Shown in pieces: positions 32,198 to 43,096 of a stretch of 64,000 nt of DNA; the stretch's first letter is position 1, and every line of letters begins with the position of its first letter. A model generated the notes under the pieces. It saw only the letters and a list, made by a program, of their open reading frames with translations. It was not told where the DNA came from and did no database searches. Source of the stretch: an uncultured Chloroflexia bacterium (GTDB taxonomy: Bacteria > Chloroflexota > Anaerolineae > CG2-30-64-16); NCBI GenBank assembly GCA_963774265.1, contig CAVZDU010000005.1:1-64000 (forward strand). The letters run 5' to 3'. A program made the position numbers and the translations under genes.

Positions 32198-33784
32198 ATG
32201 ACTCACTGGAAAAGATCGCCGAGGGCCGGCCTGGGGGTGCTGGCCTTGGCATTGGCGCTCGCAATGATTGCGCCAGGGACGCAGTATTCCCTGGCGGCGG
32301 GCACCACCATCTATGTCGATGCCGATGCAACCGGAACCCAAACCGGGATGTCGTGGGCGAATGCCTTCACTAACCTGCAAGATGGCCTGGATGCAGCCGC
32401 AACCTCACCCGCTGAGATCTGGGTGGCGGAGGGAACCTACAAGCCAACAACTACATACGGCGGCACGGGCGACCGCTACAAGTCTTTCCAGCTGCGGAAC
32501 GGCGTGGCCCTCTACGGCGGGTTCGACCCGAGCGTGGGCCACGACACCTTCCCGGAACGCAACTGGGTGGCTCACCCCACCATCCTCAGCGGCGACCTGG
32601 GGACTCCCGCCGACAACGCTGATAACAGCTACCACGTCTTCTACCACCCGAGCGGCACGAATCTCGACAGCAGCGCCATCCTGGACGGCTTTACGATCAC
32701 GGGCGGCAACGCAAACGGCAGCAGCGGCCCCGAGTCCTCGGGCGGTGGGATGTACAACACCGGCTCGCCGACGCTGACCCGCTGCATCTTCGTAGGCAAC
32801 AACGCGGCAGCCAACGGCGGCGGGATTTACAACACCGGATCGCCGGTGCTGACTAACTGCGTTTTTGCCGGCAATTCAGCCGGCGCAAACGGGGACGGGG
32901 GCGGGATGTCCAACCACAATTCCGCCGTGCCTCGACTTATCAACTCCATTTTCACGGGCAACTCGGCCAGAGACGGCGGCGGGATGTACAACGCCGGCTC
33001 CGCGCCTCAATTGGTTGGCTGCACCTTCTGGGGCAACTCGACCCCTGGACTTGGCACTGGGGGGATGATCAACTACGCCTCCCGACTTACAACACTGACT
33101 AACTGCATCCTGTGGGGCAACAAGAATAGCCAGATCCTCTCCAGCCCCAAGTTGGCGGATGGAGCCGTTCGATACAGCGATATTCAGGGCGGGTACGCGT
33201 CTCCAGGGTTCAACATCAACCAGGATCCGTTGTTTGTGGATCCGGACGGTGCGGATGGTGTTCTCGGCACCGCAGACGATGATGTGCGGCTGGGTGCGGG
33301 CTCGCCGGCCATGAACGCGGGCAGCAACAGCTTGCTGCCCGCCGATACGACCGATCTGGACAGAGACGGCAACGCGACAGAAGCGATCCCCCTGGACCTG
33401 GACAGCTACCCGCGTGTCGTCAACGGTGCGGTCGATATGGGCGCTTACGAGCGCCAGAATCCGCCGCCCGCGCTGAACGTGGGTTCGTCGAATAGCGGAA
33501 ACAACGTCCTCTTGACTTTCGCGCACGCGGGAGAAGGCGTCACCTATCAGGTCTGGCGCGGGGCACATCCTGATTTTGTCGTGTTGAGCGAGGGGACCAA
33601 CCTGGGGAACGTCTGCAAGATCTCCGGCGCCTCCGTCACGTGCACACTCGTGGACGCCATCACCAACCCGCCAATCACCTCTTTCTACGTGGTGCGCGCG
33701 TCCTACGCGGCACAAGGCGGCGCGTTCTCGGATTCCGATCGCACCGGGGTGATCGGTTTTATCCTGGCGCCGGGCAGTAGTTAG
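32198..33784 (+). CDS. Right-handed parallel beta-helix (pectin-lyase-like / choice-of-anchor Q) secreted protein
   Basis: YVDADATG...SWANAF..LQ, IWVAEGTYKP, GGGMYN/F.GNSA repeats, DLDSYPRV...VDMGAYE. Confidence 0.85.
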   Translation: MTHWKRSPRAGLGVLALALALAMIAPGTQYSLAAGTTIYVDADATGTQTGMSWANAFTNLQDGLDAAATSPAEIWVAEGTYKPTTTYGGTGDRYKSFQLRNGVALYGGFDPSVGHDTFPERNWVAHPTILSGDLGTPADNADNSYHVFYHPSGTNLDSSAILDGFTITGGNANGSSGPESSGGGMYNTGSPTLTRCIFVGNNAAANGGGIYNTGSPVLTNCVFAGNSAGANGDGGGMSNHNSAVPRLINSIFTGNSARDGGGMYNAGSAPQLVGCTFWGNSTPGLGTGGMINYASRLTTLTNCILWGNKNSQILSSPKLADGAVRYSDIQGGYASPGFNINQDPLFVDPDGADGVLGTADDDVRLGAGSPAMNAGSNSLLPADTTDLDRDGNATEAIPLDLDSYPRVVNGAVDMGAYERQNPPPALNVGSSNSGNNVLLTFAHAGEGVTYQVWRGAHPDFVVLSEGTNLGNVCKISGASVTCTLVDAITNPPITSFYVVRASYAAQGGAFSDSDRTGVIGFILAPGSS

Positions 33785-34073
33785 CCTGGGTCGATCTGCC
33801 GTCGTGGGCCGGCGAAGAGGGCCGTCCACGACGGCATTCAGCATGTAGCCAGGAATTCCAATCGCGGGGAAGGTGCCGAACACCAAGTGGGATGCGGCCA
33901 AACGTGTCATGGCGATCCGTGCGGGTCGATCGGGCGGAAAACGAAGAGCGGACCTGCCACACTACCGGCAGATCCGCTCCCTACCTGGAGAGGCCGAGCT
34001 AGTCTCTCGGCCCCCGCAACTCAACGCCCCGGCACTGCCCGCGCCGCCTGGCGCAGCAGACCCGTCCCAGGCA

Positions 34074-35764
34074 TCACGGCCTGAAGATCAGCGGCGCGAA
34101 GAGCTTCATCGAAACCACTGTGATCGTAAACTCCGTGCTGCCAATGCCCCCGTCACCGTCGCTGACGGTTACCTTCAGGACGTAGGTCCCCACCGCCAGC
34201 TTCGATCCCGGCAGGGTCGCCATCGTACAAGTGGTCTTGGCGCCACTCGGCGTGCAGGTGGGCAGGGGCGTTACCCCCAGCCCCGAAGGCAGCCCTGGCT
34301 GCGACGCGCCGCCATTCTTGGTCCAACTGGTCACCACGGAGAGCGGCATATCGACTGTCACATCCGTGGCCGACACCGTGACCACCGCGACCGCACCTGG
34401 ATACTGCACCGTCTGCGTCGGTCGATCATTGGTCACGACTGGGGCCACGTTGGCGATGGTGATCGTGGCAGTTGCCGTATCACACCCACCCCGGTCGTCA
34501 CACACCTGCAGCGTCACCGTCTGCGTGTCCGGCCCGTCGCGGATGAGCGCGGAGAAGACGGGGTTCTGGCCGGTCGTTTCGAAGGTGCCGTCGTTGTTCA
34601 GGTCCCAGACGTACGTCAACGGGTCCGCCTTCCGGGTCGGTGGCCGTGCCGGCCAGCGTGATCTGCTCGCCCTCGTTCACGACGTAGGGGCCGCCGGCGT
34701 CGGCCGTCGGCAATTCATTGGGGACGGTGATCTCGATGGCGGTCGAGCTCGACGCCGCCATCGTGATCGTCGAAGGAGATCGTCACGCGGTAGAGGCCGC
34801 GCCCCATCTGCGCCACGCCGCCCAGGAGCCAGGTGCACGTGGTCAACGGGTCGCCCGGAGTGCAGCTGCCCGCGGTCAGCGTCAGGCCGGCCGGCAGCCC
34901 GCTGTTGGCAGCGCCGCCATCTTTGGTCCACGTGGTCGAGACGCCGAAGGGTATATCGCCCGGCACATCGGCCGCGGAGATGGTGACCACCTGGAGCGCG
35001 GTGTAGCGCGGAACAAGCTGCGCCGGGCAGGTTGTTGGTCACCAGCGGCGCCACGTTGGTGATGGTGATCGTCGTCGTGTCTTCGTCACACTCGCCCAGG
35101 TCGTCACACACCTGCAGCACCACGACCCGCTCTGCAGGCCCATCGTCGCCGTAGAAGGTCACGTTCTGGCCGGCCGTCTCGAAGCTGCCGTTGTTGTCGA
35201 GGTCCCAGAAGTAGGTCAGCGTGTCGCCGTCCGGGTCGGTGCCCGTGCCGGTCAAGGTAATCTGATGGCCCTCGGCCACCGTGTAGGGGCCGCCGGCCTC
35301 AGCCGTGGGCGGGTAGTTCGGGTCGATGAACACGACCGTGATCGTGATGTCTGTGTACCCGACACCCTCCTGGGGGTCGGTGACCGTGACGCGCACGATG
35401 TACGTGCCCGGCGGCGACCGCCATCGTGCCGGACAGCATCCAGGTGCAGGTGGTCTCACCGCCGCTCGGCGTACAGCCGCTGGGCGCCAGGGCCAGCTCC
35501 GGTGGCAGCCCAACCTGCAGCGGCCCGCCGTTCGCCGACCAGGCGGTCGTGACGAAAGCGTGTTCCATGTCGGCCGTGACATCGGTGGCCCAAATCGTGA
35601 CCGGGGAAGATCGGCTTGAAGTACAGCACGACCTGCGCCGGTCGACTATTGGTCACGGCGATCGCTGATGCCGGCGATGCCGGCGCGGCGGTCAGTGGCA
35701 GGGGCACAAGCAGCCCCTGGGCCAGGAGGATCAGGGTCAGAGCGATGGCGAAAGTTCGTTTCAT
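34074..35764 (-). CDS. Secreted PKD-domain repeat protein with LFAPLIFRP tail, several frameshifts
   Basis: AAAGGAG RBS; PTA.AGGPY.V.EG..ITL.GT.TDP.G...TY.WDL.N.G.FET.GQN twice; GLP..L.L....CTP....TTCT unit three times. Confidence 0.8.
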
Positions 35765-36019
35765 GGGGTCTCCTTTGCTGGTTGGTGCGGCCGCCGGGAG
35801 CAGCCGCGAGAATAATGACTTGCGCAGGTGATCACACTTCATTTGTCAGCGGCCGCGAGATCGAGACAAGAAGACCTGCTGCTCTATCTACCGATCGATG
35901 AAGTCCGCCTGCAGGTGACGGATTACTCAGCGGGACAGGCGGTCACGTGGCCTTGACGCGGATAATTATACCAGACTCTACAAAAAGCAACAAGTCATCG
36001 AATTGACGCGCCAGGATTT

Positions 36020-36298
36020 CCAACTGCGAGTCCCCTATAAGAGAAGGGGGCCGAACTCGCGTTCTTAAGGAACTCGGTACAATCGTAGCTGTAAGCGTGC
36101 AGCAGTCGATCACGGGGTTGAAGTAGCCTGTATCGTGCGAACAGGCGGCATCTGCAACCGGCGCACATCAGCAATGTGAATGAGTTGCCCGAGAAGCGGC
36201 GGCAACGTCTCGAGACATCGTGGGCCGGGATGTTTCGGCGCGAGTTTCTCAGCCGGCTCAACCAAGACGCGTTTGAGAAGCCCTTCAGCGGCAGCTAA
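36020..36298 (+). pseudogene. Remnant of an IS transposase 5' end (DDE, IS4/IS5/IS1182-like)
   Basis: Frame 36128-36298 reads LYRANRRHLQPAHISNVNELPEKRRQRLETSWAGMFRREFLSRL*, resembling N-termini of Chloroflexota transposases as recalled; no start codon. Confidence 0.55.
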
Positions 36299-36503
36299 GC
36301 GAGGCGGATCGCCTGCAATATGCGGAGTTGGGCATGTATGTCGGCGAAACGGCACAACGCCATCGTCGCTGTTCACCCCGAGATGCAGTTGGTAGTTGTC
36401 CCTTCTTTTAGGAGACACACATGTGGACTTCCTGTCGCCAGTCCGTTTGGTTTGCGGCGCTTGATGTGATATTCTGAATCAACCACGGTCTGGAGTACGC
36501 CCG

Positions 36504-37592
36504 TTGAGTCATCGCCCCCTGGTTCGCTTGATCGCCGCGCTGGTGTTTTTGCTCGCCGGCGGCGCGCTTGGGGGCTGCCGGGGGGGAACCGATACGCCGC
36601 AGCCGGCGCCAACCGCGACTGCCACCTCTGAGGCTACTCACACCCCCTCTCCCATACCGACCGCGCAGCCGACCTCCACGCCTAGCCCGACCGCCTCGCC
36701 CGCGCCAGAGGCGACGGTCCCGCGGCCGTCGCGGCCGGCAACGCCGGACGTGGTGCGCCCGAAGATCGAGATCGTCTGGCCCCACGGCGGCGCGGCCGTC
36801 GAGGAGGCGGACCTCGCGAACATCACCGTTTACCTGTTGGCCGGGGACGGTACGGCTCCCACGCCCGCGCTGCTCGATTCGTCGCGGTGCGATTGGAGCC
36901 CGACCGTGCGCCTGTGGTCCGCGGTCAACAACCAGCCGATGCGGCAGGTAGGCATCGGGGAGAAGCGCATGGTGACCGCGTCAGGTCGTACGTTCCGCGC
37001 ATGGGACTTCAATGACGTCGACGTGAAGGCCGCGCGCGATCCGGCCAACAAGCTCGCATTCTATGTCACGGTGGATGGCGTGCGGACCCTATCCAATGTC
37101 TGGGCCCACGCGGCGGACGCGCGCACCCTCTTCCCCCAGCAGGACAATCCGACCAGCGTCCTGCGCGTCCGGCCCCCAGCCGTCGATGCCCGCATCCAGA
37201 TCGTGTGGCCTAAGGATGGCTTGCCCGTGCAGCAGGCGCAGGCGGCCAATATCACCGTCTATCTCTTCACCGTGGGCACGATGCAGGCTGTCGCCCCTGA
37301 CACCGGGTGGTCGCCGGGTGTGCGGCTGCACTGGAGCGTTGGCAACGAGGCGGAGGCCGCGCCGGGGCAGGGCGTGTTGGGCGCACCGCGCGTGGTGAGC
37401 GGCGCGAACGGTGTGAGCTTCCTTGCGTGGGACTTCAACGATGTGGATGTCAGCGCGGCGAACGATTCGCTGAACCGGCTTTTCTTCTGGGTGACGGTCG
37501 ACGGGGTGCCGACCTATAGCAATATCTGGGCGCACGCGGTCGATGCGCGCACCTTGTTCCCTCAGCCCGAAGTGCTCAACTCCTGCAAGTGA
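36504..37592 (+). CDS. Lipoprotein with PT linker and two tandem ~140-aa uncharacterised repeats
   Basis: LGGC lipobox; IxIVWP...ANITVYL...WDFNDVDV.AA.D..N.L.F.VTVDGV.T.SN.WAHA.DARTLFPQ twice. Confidence 0.8.
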   Translation: MSHRPLVRLIAALVFLLAGGALGGCRGGTDTPQPAPTATATSEATHTPSPIPTAQPTSTPSPTASPAPEATVPRPSRPATPDVVRPKIEIVWPHGGAAVEEADLANITVYLLAGDGTAPTPALLDSSRCDWSPTVRLWSAVNNQPMRQVGIGEKRMVTASGRTFRAWDFNDVDVKAARDPANKLAFYVTVDGVRTLSNVWAHAADARTLFPQQDNPTSVLRVRPPAVDARIQIVWPKDGLPVQQAQAANITVYLFTVGTMQAVAPDTGWSPGVRLHWSVGNEAEAAPGQGVLGAPRVVSGANGVSFLAWDFNDVDVSAANDSLNRLFFWVTVDGVPTYSNIWAHAVDARTLFPQPEVLNSCK

Positions 37593-37605
37593 GGGGCGGC
37601 TGAGC

Positions 37606-39591
37606 TCAGCGCGCGAGTTTGAGTGACGGATCGCCCAACAGATTGAACGTCAGCAGGATGTCGCGCACGCCACCGGCCTGATCGGGCAGCGCCATTTGCG
37701 CGTCGAGCACGATATCGCCCAACGAGCGCGTGCCTGGCCTGGCCAGCGCATCGGCCAGCCCCAGCGCCAACAGCCGCTGATCAGTCAGCACCGCCGCACT
37801 GCTCGGCACCAGCGCTGCGACCGCGCCTCCGCCCGCGCGGCGTAGCAGCACCTCGCTCAACGAGACCGTGGTGGGGTGCTCGAAGAAGCCGCTCAGGCAG
37901 GTCACCGTGAAGACGATCGGCAGGCGCCCGGAATTGTCCAGTTTCGCCGCATCCTCTACGTCGAACACCTTTTCCTTGGCCCACAGCGTCACGCTGCCGT
38001 GTCCGAAGTAGCCGATCAATCCGGCGCCGTCCCGAAAGCTGGCCCCCAAAGCTGCGCGGGCGTTCGCGCCGTCGCCCTCGATGGTCACCTGCTGCGAGGT
38101 GTAGCCCAGGCGGTTGGCGAACGCGGCCGCTTCCTCGGCGAAGCCCGGCTCATCGTTGTCCGCGACCAGCAACACGTCCGATCGCCACCTCAGGTCGCCG
38201 GCCTGGCGCTCGTAGGCCAGCGTCTTCTGCACCATAATCGCCAACTGCTCGGCGGTCTGCGCCGGGAAGCGCCCCACGGCGAAAGCGGGTCTTGTTGTCG
38301 GCCCGTCGTCGGGCAGCGCGTACCACACATCCGAGCCGGTCCAGCCCGAGAAGGTCGTGTAGACGCTCCGGGTCGGCACGAGATCGCTTTCAGTCCCCTT
38401 CAGCCAGCCCATCGGATCGTAGCTCGCGTCGCCGGCCAACAACAGGTAGGCTGGGGCCGGCGCAGTCCACTTCTGCCGGGCGTGCCGCATGAGCGCCTGG
38501 AGGGCTGCGGGATCGATGCGCCCGTGGCTGAACGCGTCGTAGACCTGCTCGACATCGAGCACCGCGACGCGCAGCCCCTGCGCCGTGCGCGCTGCAACCA
38601 ATGGCTTGAGGGTATCGCGGAACTGGGGCACGGTGATGATGACGAGGTCCGCGCCGCCGGGCCAGTCGGGCAGCGGATTCTCTGTGGTGGCCGCGATGGC
38701 GACTGGGGTCAGCACCGCGGCCGCATTGGCGGCCGCATCATCCGGCGCGGGCGTGCGGGGGTAGGCTATTTCCACCCACCGCAGATGCAGCGAGTCCGCG
38801 GCCGCGCCGGTGTCGCCCGGTGCGTCGATGACCAATTGATTCTCGTCCGGCTTCAGCACGCCGGCCGGGATGAGGGCGGTGACAAGGTGCGGACGCGCGC
38901 CATCCCACGCAGCATCAGAAATAAGCGTTCCGTTGAGGCTGATGAGGAGCCGGTGATCCGGGTCAACAGGCGCAGACGACTTGCTGATGACGAAGACCCG
39001 CAGCTCGCCGGGTCCCGCAGTCATGCCCGGGGCAGCGAGTGTGATTTTCGCTTCGGCCGGGGCGAAGAGCGTCTGCCAGTACCAGCGATCGGAGATCGCT
39101 TCGGCCTGGCCATCGTAAGCCAGGTCTCGTTCAAGACGGACGGTGGCAGTGACGACGCCGGTCGTTGAAACCGGCGTTGGCGTCGCTTGCGGGCGAGGCG
39201 CGGTCTCTGCTGCGCCCTGGGTTGCCCCTGTGACGCGACGCAGCCAGTAGACGTTGCGGGGCGTATAGGAATCGGAAGAAAGCCGCAGGCCATGAAAACG
39301 CACGGCAGCGTCACGGCCCTGGCCCACCAACTCGAACGCGATGGGCTGCCCTCCGACCGATAGCGCGAGCTGATCGGCGGTGGCTGACGCCAGGTCGAAT
39401 CCAGCCCTGGCCAGCTCCGCGGCCGTCACCTGGTAAATGCCATCTTCCTCCAGGCTGATCTTGACCGCGGACACGCTCTCTGCCGGCGGCGCAACGCACC
39501 CCGAGAGGAGGGCGACAAGCGCCAGGCCAAGGAACGCAAGGCCGATCGGGATCGAGCGGGAGTAAGTTCGGACATTGACCATAGAACTCAA
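37606..39591 (-). CDS. C25 (gingipain/PorU-like) cysteine peptidase, lipoprotein
   Basis: LSGC lipobox; EDGIYQVT...L; YDAFSHG, YLLLAGDASYD, VGRFP, YFGHGS (His), TCLSGFF (Cys), LLGDP. Confidence 0.88.
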   Translation of the reverse strand: MSSMVNVRTYSRSIPIGLAFLGLALVALLSGCVAPPAESVSAVKISLEEDGIYQVTAAELARAGFDLASATADQLALSVGGQPIAFELVGQGRDAAVRFHGLRLSSDSYTPRNVYWLRRVTGATQGAAETAPRPQATPTPVSTTGVVTATVRLERDLAYDGQAEAISDRWYWQTLFAPAEAKITLAAPGMTAGPGELRVFVISKSSAPVDPDHRLLISLNGTLISDAAWDGARPHLVTALIPAGVLKPDENQLVIDAPGDTGAAADSLHLRWVEIAYPRTPAPDDAAANAAAVLTPVAIAATTENPLPDWPGGADLVIITVPQFRDTLKPLVAARTAQGLRVAVLDVEQVYDAFSHGRIDPAALQALMRHARQKWTAPAPAYLLLAGDASYDPMGWLKGTESDLVPTRSVYTTFSGWTGSDVWYALPDDGPTTRPAFAVGRFPAQTAEQLAIMVQKTLAYERQAGDLRWRSDVLLVADNDEPGFAEEAAAFANRLGYTSQQVTIEGDGANARAALGASFRDGAGLIGYFGHGSVTLWAKEKVFDVEDAAKLDNSGRLPIVFTVTCLSGFFEHPTTVSLSEVLLRRAGGGAVAALVPSSAAVLTDQRLLALGLADALARPGTRSLGDIVLDAQMALPDQAGGVRDILLTFNLLGDPSLKLAR

Positions 39592-40532
39592 GGTTGTCGG
39601 GAACGCATATACAGCAGCGCCGCAGCCAACAGCCCGGCCAGCCCGATGGCGCTGCCGCCGATCACCCAGGCAAGTGCTGTGTTCCTTCCACTCTGCGCCG
39701 CTGCCTGCGAGGCTGCGTCCGGCGACGGTGTGGCGCTCGGGCCCGAGGCCTCGAAGATGCTTGGCGTGCTTTCGCGTGGCGGCCGCGGCGTCGCGGTTTC
39801 CAGGCCTGCAGGCTGGACCTGGGGCGTTGGGGTCAGCGCCGGCAGTTGAGTGGGCGCCGGCTCAATTGGAGCGGGAACGACGCTGGCCGGCGCTTGTGGG
39901 GCTGTGCCGGTGGGCGTCTTCACCGACGCAGCCGGCAGGGACGTTGCCGTTCGCCGCACGACGGGGGGCGCGGTAGACTGAACGCCTGGAAGCGGCGTGC
40001 CGGATGGAACGGCCGGGGTGTTTGTGAACTGCCGTGTTGCCGTCGGCGGCGGCGTGTCAGTCAGAGGGATGCCAGTTATCGTAGGGCGCGAGGTCGCGGT
40101 CGGATTCCTGGTGACCGTGGCCGTGGCGGTAGATGTTGAGGTGTCGGCGGGCAGATCAATCCCGGCCCAGATTGGCCCGAATTGTGACGTGCCCGCGTTT
40201 GACAGTTCCTCCAGGAGGTAGAAGTACCTGACCCCACTCGTCACTGTCAGATCAGTGTACTCGTAGATTGCGCCGGTGACGACGTTGCCTTTTGGACCTT
40301 GAGCATCGATGGGCGTCCCCCAACTGGATGGCGAAGCGATCTGAGCGCGAAAGAGCCGAAAGCCAGAGGTATCCAGTTCGGTTGCAGTCTCCCACACGAC
40401 CAGGATGGAATTGCCTTGGTGCGCGCTTGCCTCAAAGCGCACCAGGGTTACGGCGGCCAGAACGGTGTGAACAGGCACGACCAGACACAACACAGCCATG
40501 ATCATGACGGCCAGTAGATGTTTACGGTGCAT
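39588..40532 (-). CDS. Secreted protein: AVTLVRFEA + 'WETATELDTSGFRLFR' Ig/FN3-like domain, PT-rich linker, C-terminal TM
   Basis: Signal peptide MHRKHLLAVMIMAVLCLVVPVHTVLA; TM followed by RSRQP. Confidence 0.8.
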   Translation of the reverse strand: MHRKHLLAVMIMAVLCLVVPVHTVLAAVTLVRFEASAHQGNSILVVWETATELDTSGFRLFRAQIASPSSWGTPIDAQGPKGNVVTGAIYEYTDLTVTSGVRYFYLLEELSNAGTSQFGPIWAGIDLPADTSTSTATATVTRNPTATSRPTITGIPLTDTPPPTATRQFTNTPAVPSGTPLPGVQSTAPPVVRRTATSLPAASVKTPTGTAPQAPASVVPAPIEPAPTQLPALTPTPQVQPAGLETATPRPPRESTPSIFEASGPSATPSPDAASQAAAQSGRNTALAWVIGGSAIGLAGLLAAALLYMRSRQP

Positions 40533-40561
40533 GTCGATGTTTCTACTCCCGGGCGCGAACA

Positions 40562-42964
40562 TCACCGCGTGACCACCGGCAAGAACAGTCTCGTTGGCGA
40601 GGCCGGCAACCGCATGGCGGGATCGCCAAACAAGGTCATCGTGTCGATCAGGTAGTGCTTGCCATACACTTGGCTGAACTGCTGCTTTGCGATGGTCAAC
40701 GCAACACCAACCTCTCGTATGTTGTCTTTGAACATAACGTCGAGAAGGATCTTCCGGAATGCCAGCTGGTGCGACGTTGTGCCCAAGCCGGACGGCGAGA
40801 CGGCGGCAATGGAGCCGCCCCCGGCGTGGCGCTGCATCAGTTCCGCGATGCTGAACCTCGCAGGGTCCGGATGTGCGAAGTAGCCATCGAGACAGTTGAA
40901 GGTCATGATCAGGGGCAGCTTCTCGCCATTTACGAGGGCAGGGATGTGGGAGCTGCGCCAGATGCTTTCGTGAGTCCATCGCTCCGGCGCGCCGTGTCCG
41001 GTGAATTGAACCATGAAGGCGCCGGCCTGGAGCGCGTCCGCGAGGGTCGAGTGGGTTGCCGCGATCTGCTCGGGAGTGGCAGGTGTGACGGCATCGCCGG
41101 GCAGGTACGCACGCACCACCTGGAGATCCGTTGGGGTATAGCCGGCGATGATCTCGTCGGACACTGCGGGAAAGTCGCCGGAAGAGTCCGGATTGTCGGC
41201 CACGAATAGCGCGCGGCGCTGCCAGTCCGCAATGCGCAGGTTTTCGTCGTAAGAAACGATCTTGTCCACCACGGTTCGCGCCTCGGCCAGTGTATTCACG
41301 GCGAGCCGGCCCACCGCAATCTCAGGCACCCTGTCGTCATCGATATCACCGAACTGGGCATCTGCCGGCACCTCGCCCTGCCATGGGTCCACCCACGCTA
41401 AGAAGGGCGGAATGTGCTGGGGCTGCAGGGGGTAGACTGCTTGATTGTTACCCTTGAAGTTCCAATGGCCGTCGCCGACGAGGGTCAAGTAAGCCGGCGC
41501 AGGCGACTGCCAATTGGCCACGGCCCATTTCATCATCACCTGCACGGCCTTTGGATGGAAGATGCCGTCGTTAAACTCATCGTACGCGTCCTGGATATCG
41601 ACCACCAGGGCACGGCGGTCATGAGCGCGATGCCACCCTGCCAGTTGCTCTGCCGCGACCCTTAGTTCAGCCGAAGTAACGATAACTGCGTCGGCGCCTC
41701 CCGCGGGATTGCGTAACCCGGTGGGGGGCCGTATCCGGATCGAAGCTGGCGCCTCAGCGGTGGTTGCGGTTTGTATCCAATACCGGCTGCCGACGGTGGT
41801 ATTGACGCGGAACCGGACGGTCACATCGGGACCTGATGCGGGTGGAGCGGATAGACGTACAGGATGCTTTGTGTCGGTGATATCCCAAATGAGCGTCTCA
41901 GGGCTTGACCAGCCTGATGCGGCGTACTCCTGGATTCCTCCCTCCTCCGATCGGAAGTCTAGCCGGTCCCCCCACGCGCGGAAAAGGCGACGATAATCCA
42001 GCTCCCAATAGTTCACATAAATGTCGTCATTGGGGACGCCGGGAAGCAGCATGGCGCTCACTGTCAGCGTGTTGGTTCCATGTGTCAGACCTCCTGCGGG
42101 AACAGGAGCGTTGAACACCTTTCGTACGGAGAGGCCATCCCAATTCTCGTCGAGGATTGTCGCACCGTTTAGCGTCGCCACCGTGCGATGGTCGGGGTTC
42201 AGATTCCACACGTATGCGTTGCTGATTTCCTCCAGGCGCAGCGTGGCGGCCGCGGCCGCCGGATATGGCACCACGTAGGGCAAATCGGCGGTGGCCGTCT
42301 GAGCCAGGATCCCGTTCCAGATTTGATCGGGTTCGGATCGCCTCTCGACGGCCGGTGCTGCGGCCCCTGCAGATAATGCCACCGGGCTCAAGCGGCTCCA
42401 AAACCACGTGTCCTGTGTATCCAAGCCCAGGGTGTATAATGTCCACCAAACATTCGACTCCTCGGCTCGTAACGTGGTCGCAAAATCCGTAGGCGGGGTG
42501 CGATCGTATTGAGGTGTGGCATCCCGCACCTCGATGCGCGGCCCCGTGGCGCCCCCGATGTCCAGCCAATACACGCGTTCATCCGTGTACTTCTGGTCCA
42601 TTTCTGGCCCGCGGAACTTCTCGCCGAAGAAATAGAGCGCATCACCCCCGTCGAATATCCCGTTGCCATCATCCGTCACATGGATTGCGACAGGTTGCCC
42701 CAGGCTCGACAGGGCGAAAGTGTTTGGGTTGGCGCCCGCGAGATTTGGATCGGCGTTCGCCAGATCGGCCGGCGTGACCTTTGTGATGCCGTCTTTGACG
42801 ACGCCAATGCGGACGCGGACAGGCCCTGCGGCCTCGGTACGCCGCGCGGTTGCGGGCGGCAGCATGGCAGTCAGGGCCAGAAGCAGGGCCAGGACAAGGG
42901 ATGCGGACCGGGAAAAGCGAACGGCCGGCCGCACCTTGGAGTGCATGATCGGTGTTAGTTGCAT
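40562..42964 (-). CDS. C25 (gingipain/PorU-like) cysteine peptidase with LFLPVVTR tail
   Basis: VKDGITKVT..DL; YDEFNDG, LVGDG, VGRL, FTGHG (His), NCLDGYF (Cys), LFGDP. Confidence 0.9.
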   Translation of the reverse strand: MQLTPIMHSKVRPAVRFSRSASLVLALLLALTAMLPPATARRTEAAGPVRVRIGVVKDGITKVTPADLANADPNLAGANPNTFALSSLGQPVAIHVTDDGNGIFDGGDALYFFGEKFRGPEMDQKYTDERVYWLDIGGATGPRIEVRDATPQYDRTPPTDFATTLRAEESNVWWTLYTLGLDTQDTWFWSRLSPVALSAGAAAPAVERRSEPDQIWNGILAQTATADLPYVVPYPAAAAATLRLEEISNAYVWNLNPDHRTVATLNGATILDENWDGLSVRKVFNAPVPAGGLTHGTNTLTVSAMLLPGVPNDDIYVNYWELDYRRLFRAWGDRLDFRSEEGGIQEYAASGWSSPETLIWDITDTKHPVRLSAPPASGPDVTVRFRVNTTVGSRYWIQTATTAEAPASIRIRPPTGLRNPAGGADAVIVTSAELRVAAEQLAGWHRAHDRRALVVDIQDAYDEFNDGIFHPKAVQVMMKWAVANWQSPAPAYLTLVGDGHWNFKGNNQAVYPLQPQHIPPFLAWVDPWQGEVPADAQFGDIDDDRVPEIAVGRLAVNTLAEARTVVDKIVSYDENLRIADWQRRALFVADNPDSSGDFPAVSDEIIAGYTPTDLQVVRAYLPGDAVTPATPEQIAATHSTLADALQAGAFMVQFTGHGAPERWTHESIWRSSHIPALVNGEKLPLIMTFNCLDGYFAHPDPARFSIAELMQRHAGGGSIAAVSPSGLGTTSHQLAFRKILLDVMFKDNIREVGVALTIAKQQFSQVYGKHYLIDTMTLFGDPAMRLPASPTRLFLPVVTR

Positions 42965-43062
42965 CGTGAAACCTTCGAAGGAAAAATACGCCAGACGCAC
43001 GCCCGGATCAAGGCGAGGCGTCTGGCGCAACAGTGCGAACGTAGGGCTGGATCGTTAGCACA

Positions 43063-43091
43063 AGTATATCGGTCGCAGGGGGGGTTGTCAA
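43063..43091 (-). promoter_or_regulatory. Sigma70-type promoter for the C25 operon
   Basis: TTGACA-N17-TATACT. Confidence 0.65.
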
Positions 43092-43096
43092 ATGAT

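Noticed and set aside
35770-35960. Riboswitch in the leader of the PKD gene
   Set aside because: No consensus motif that I can recognise
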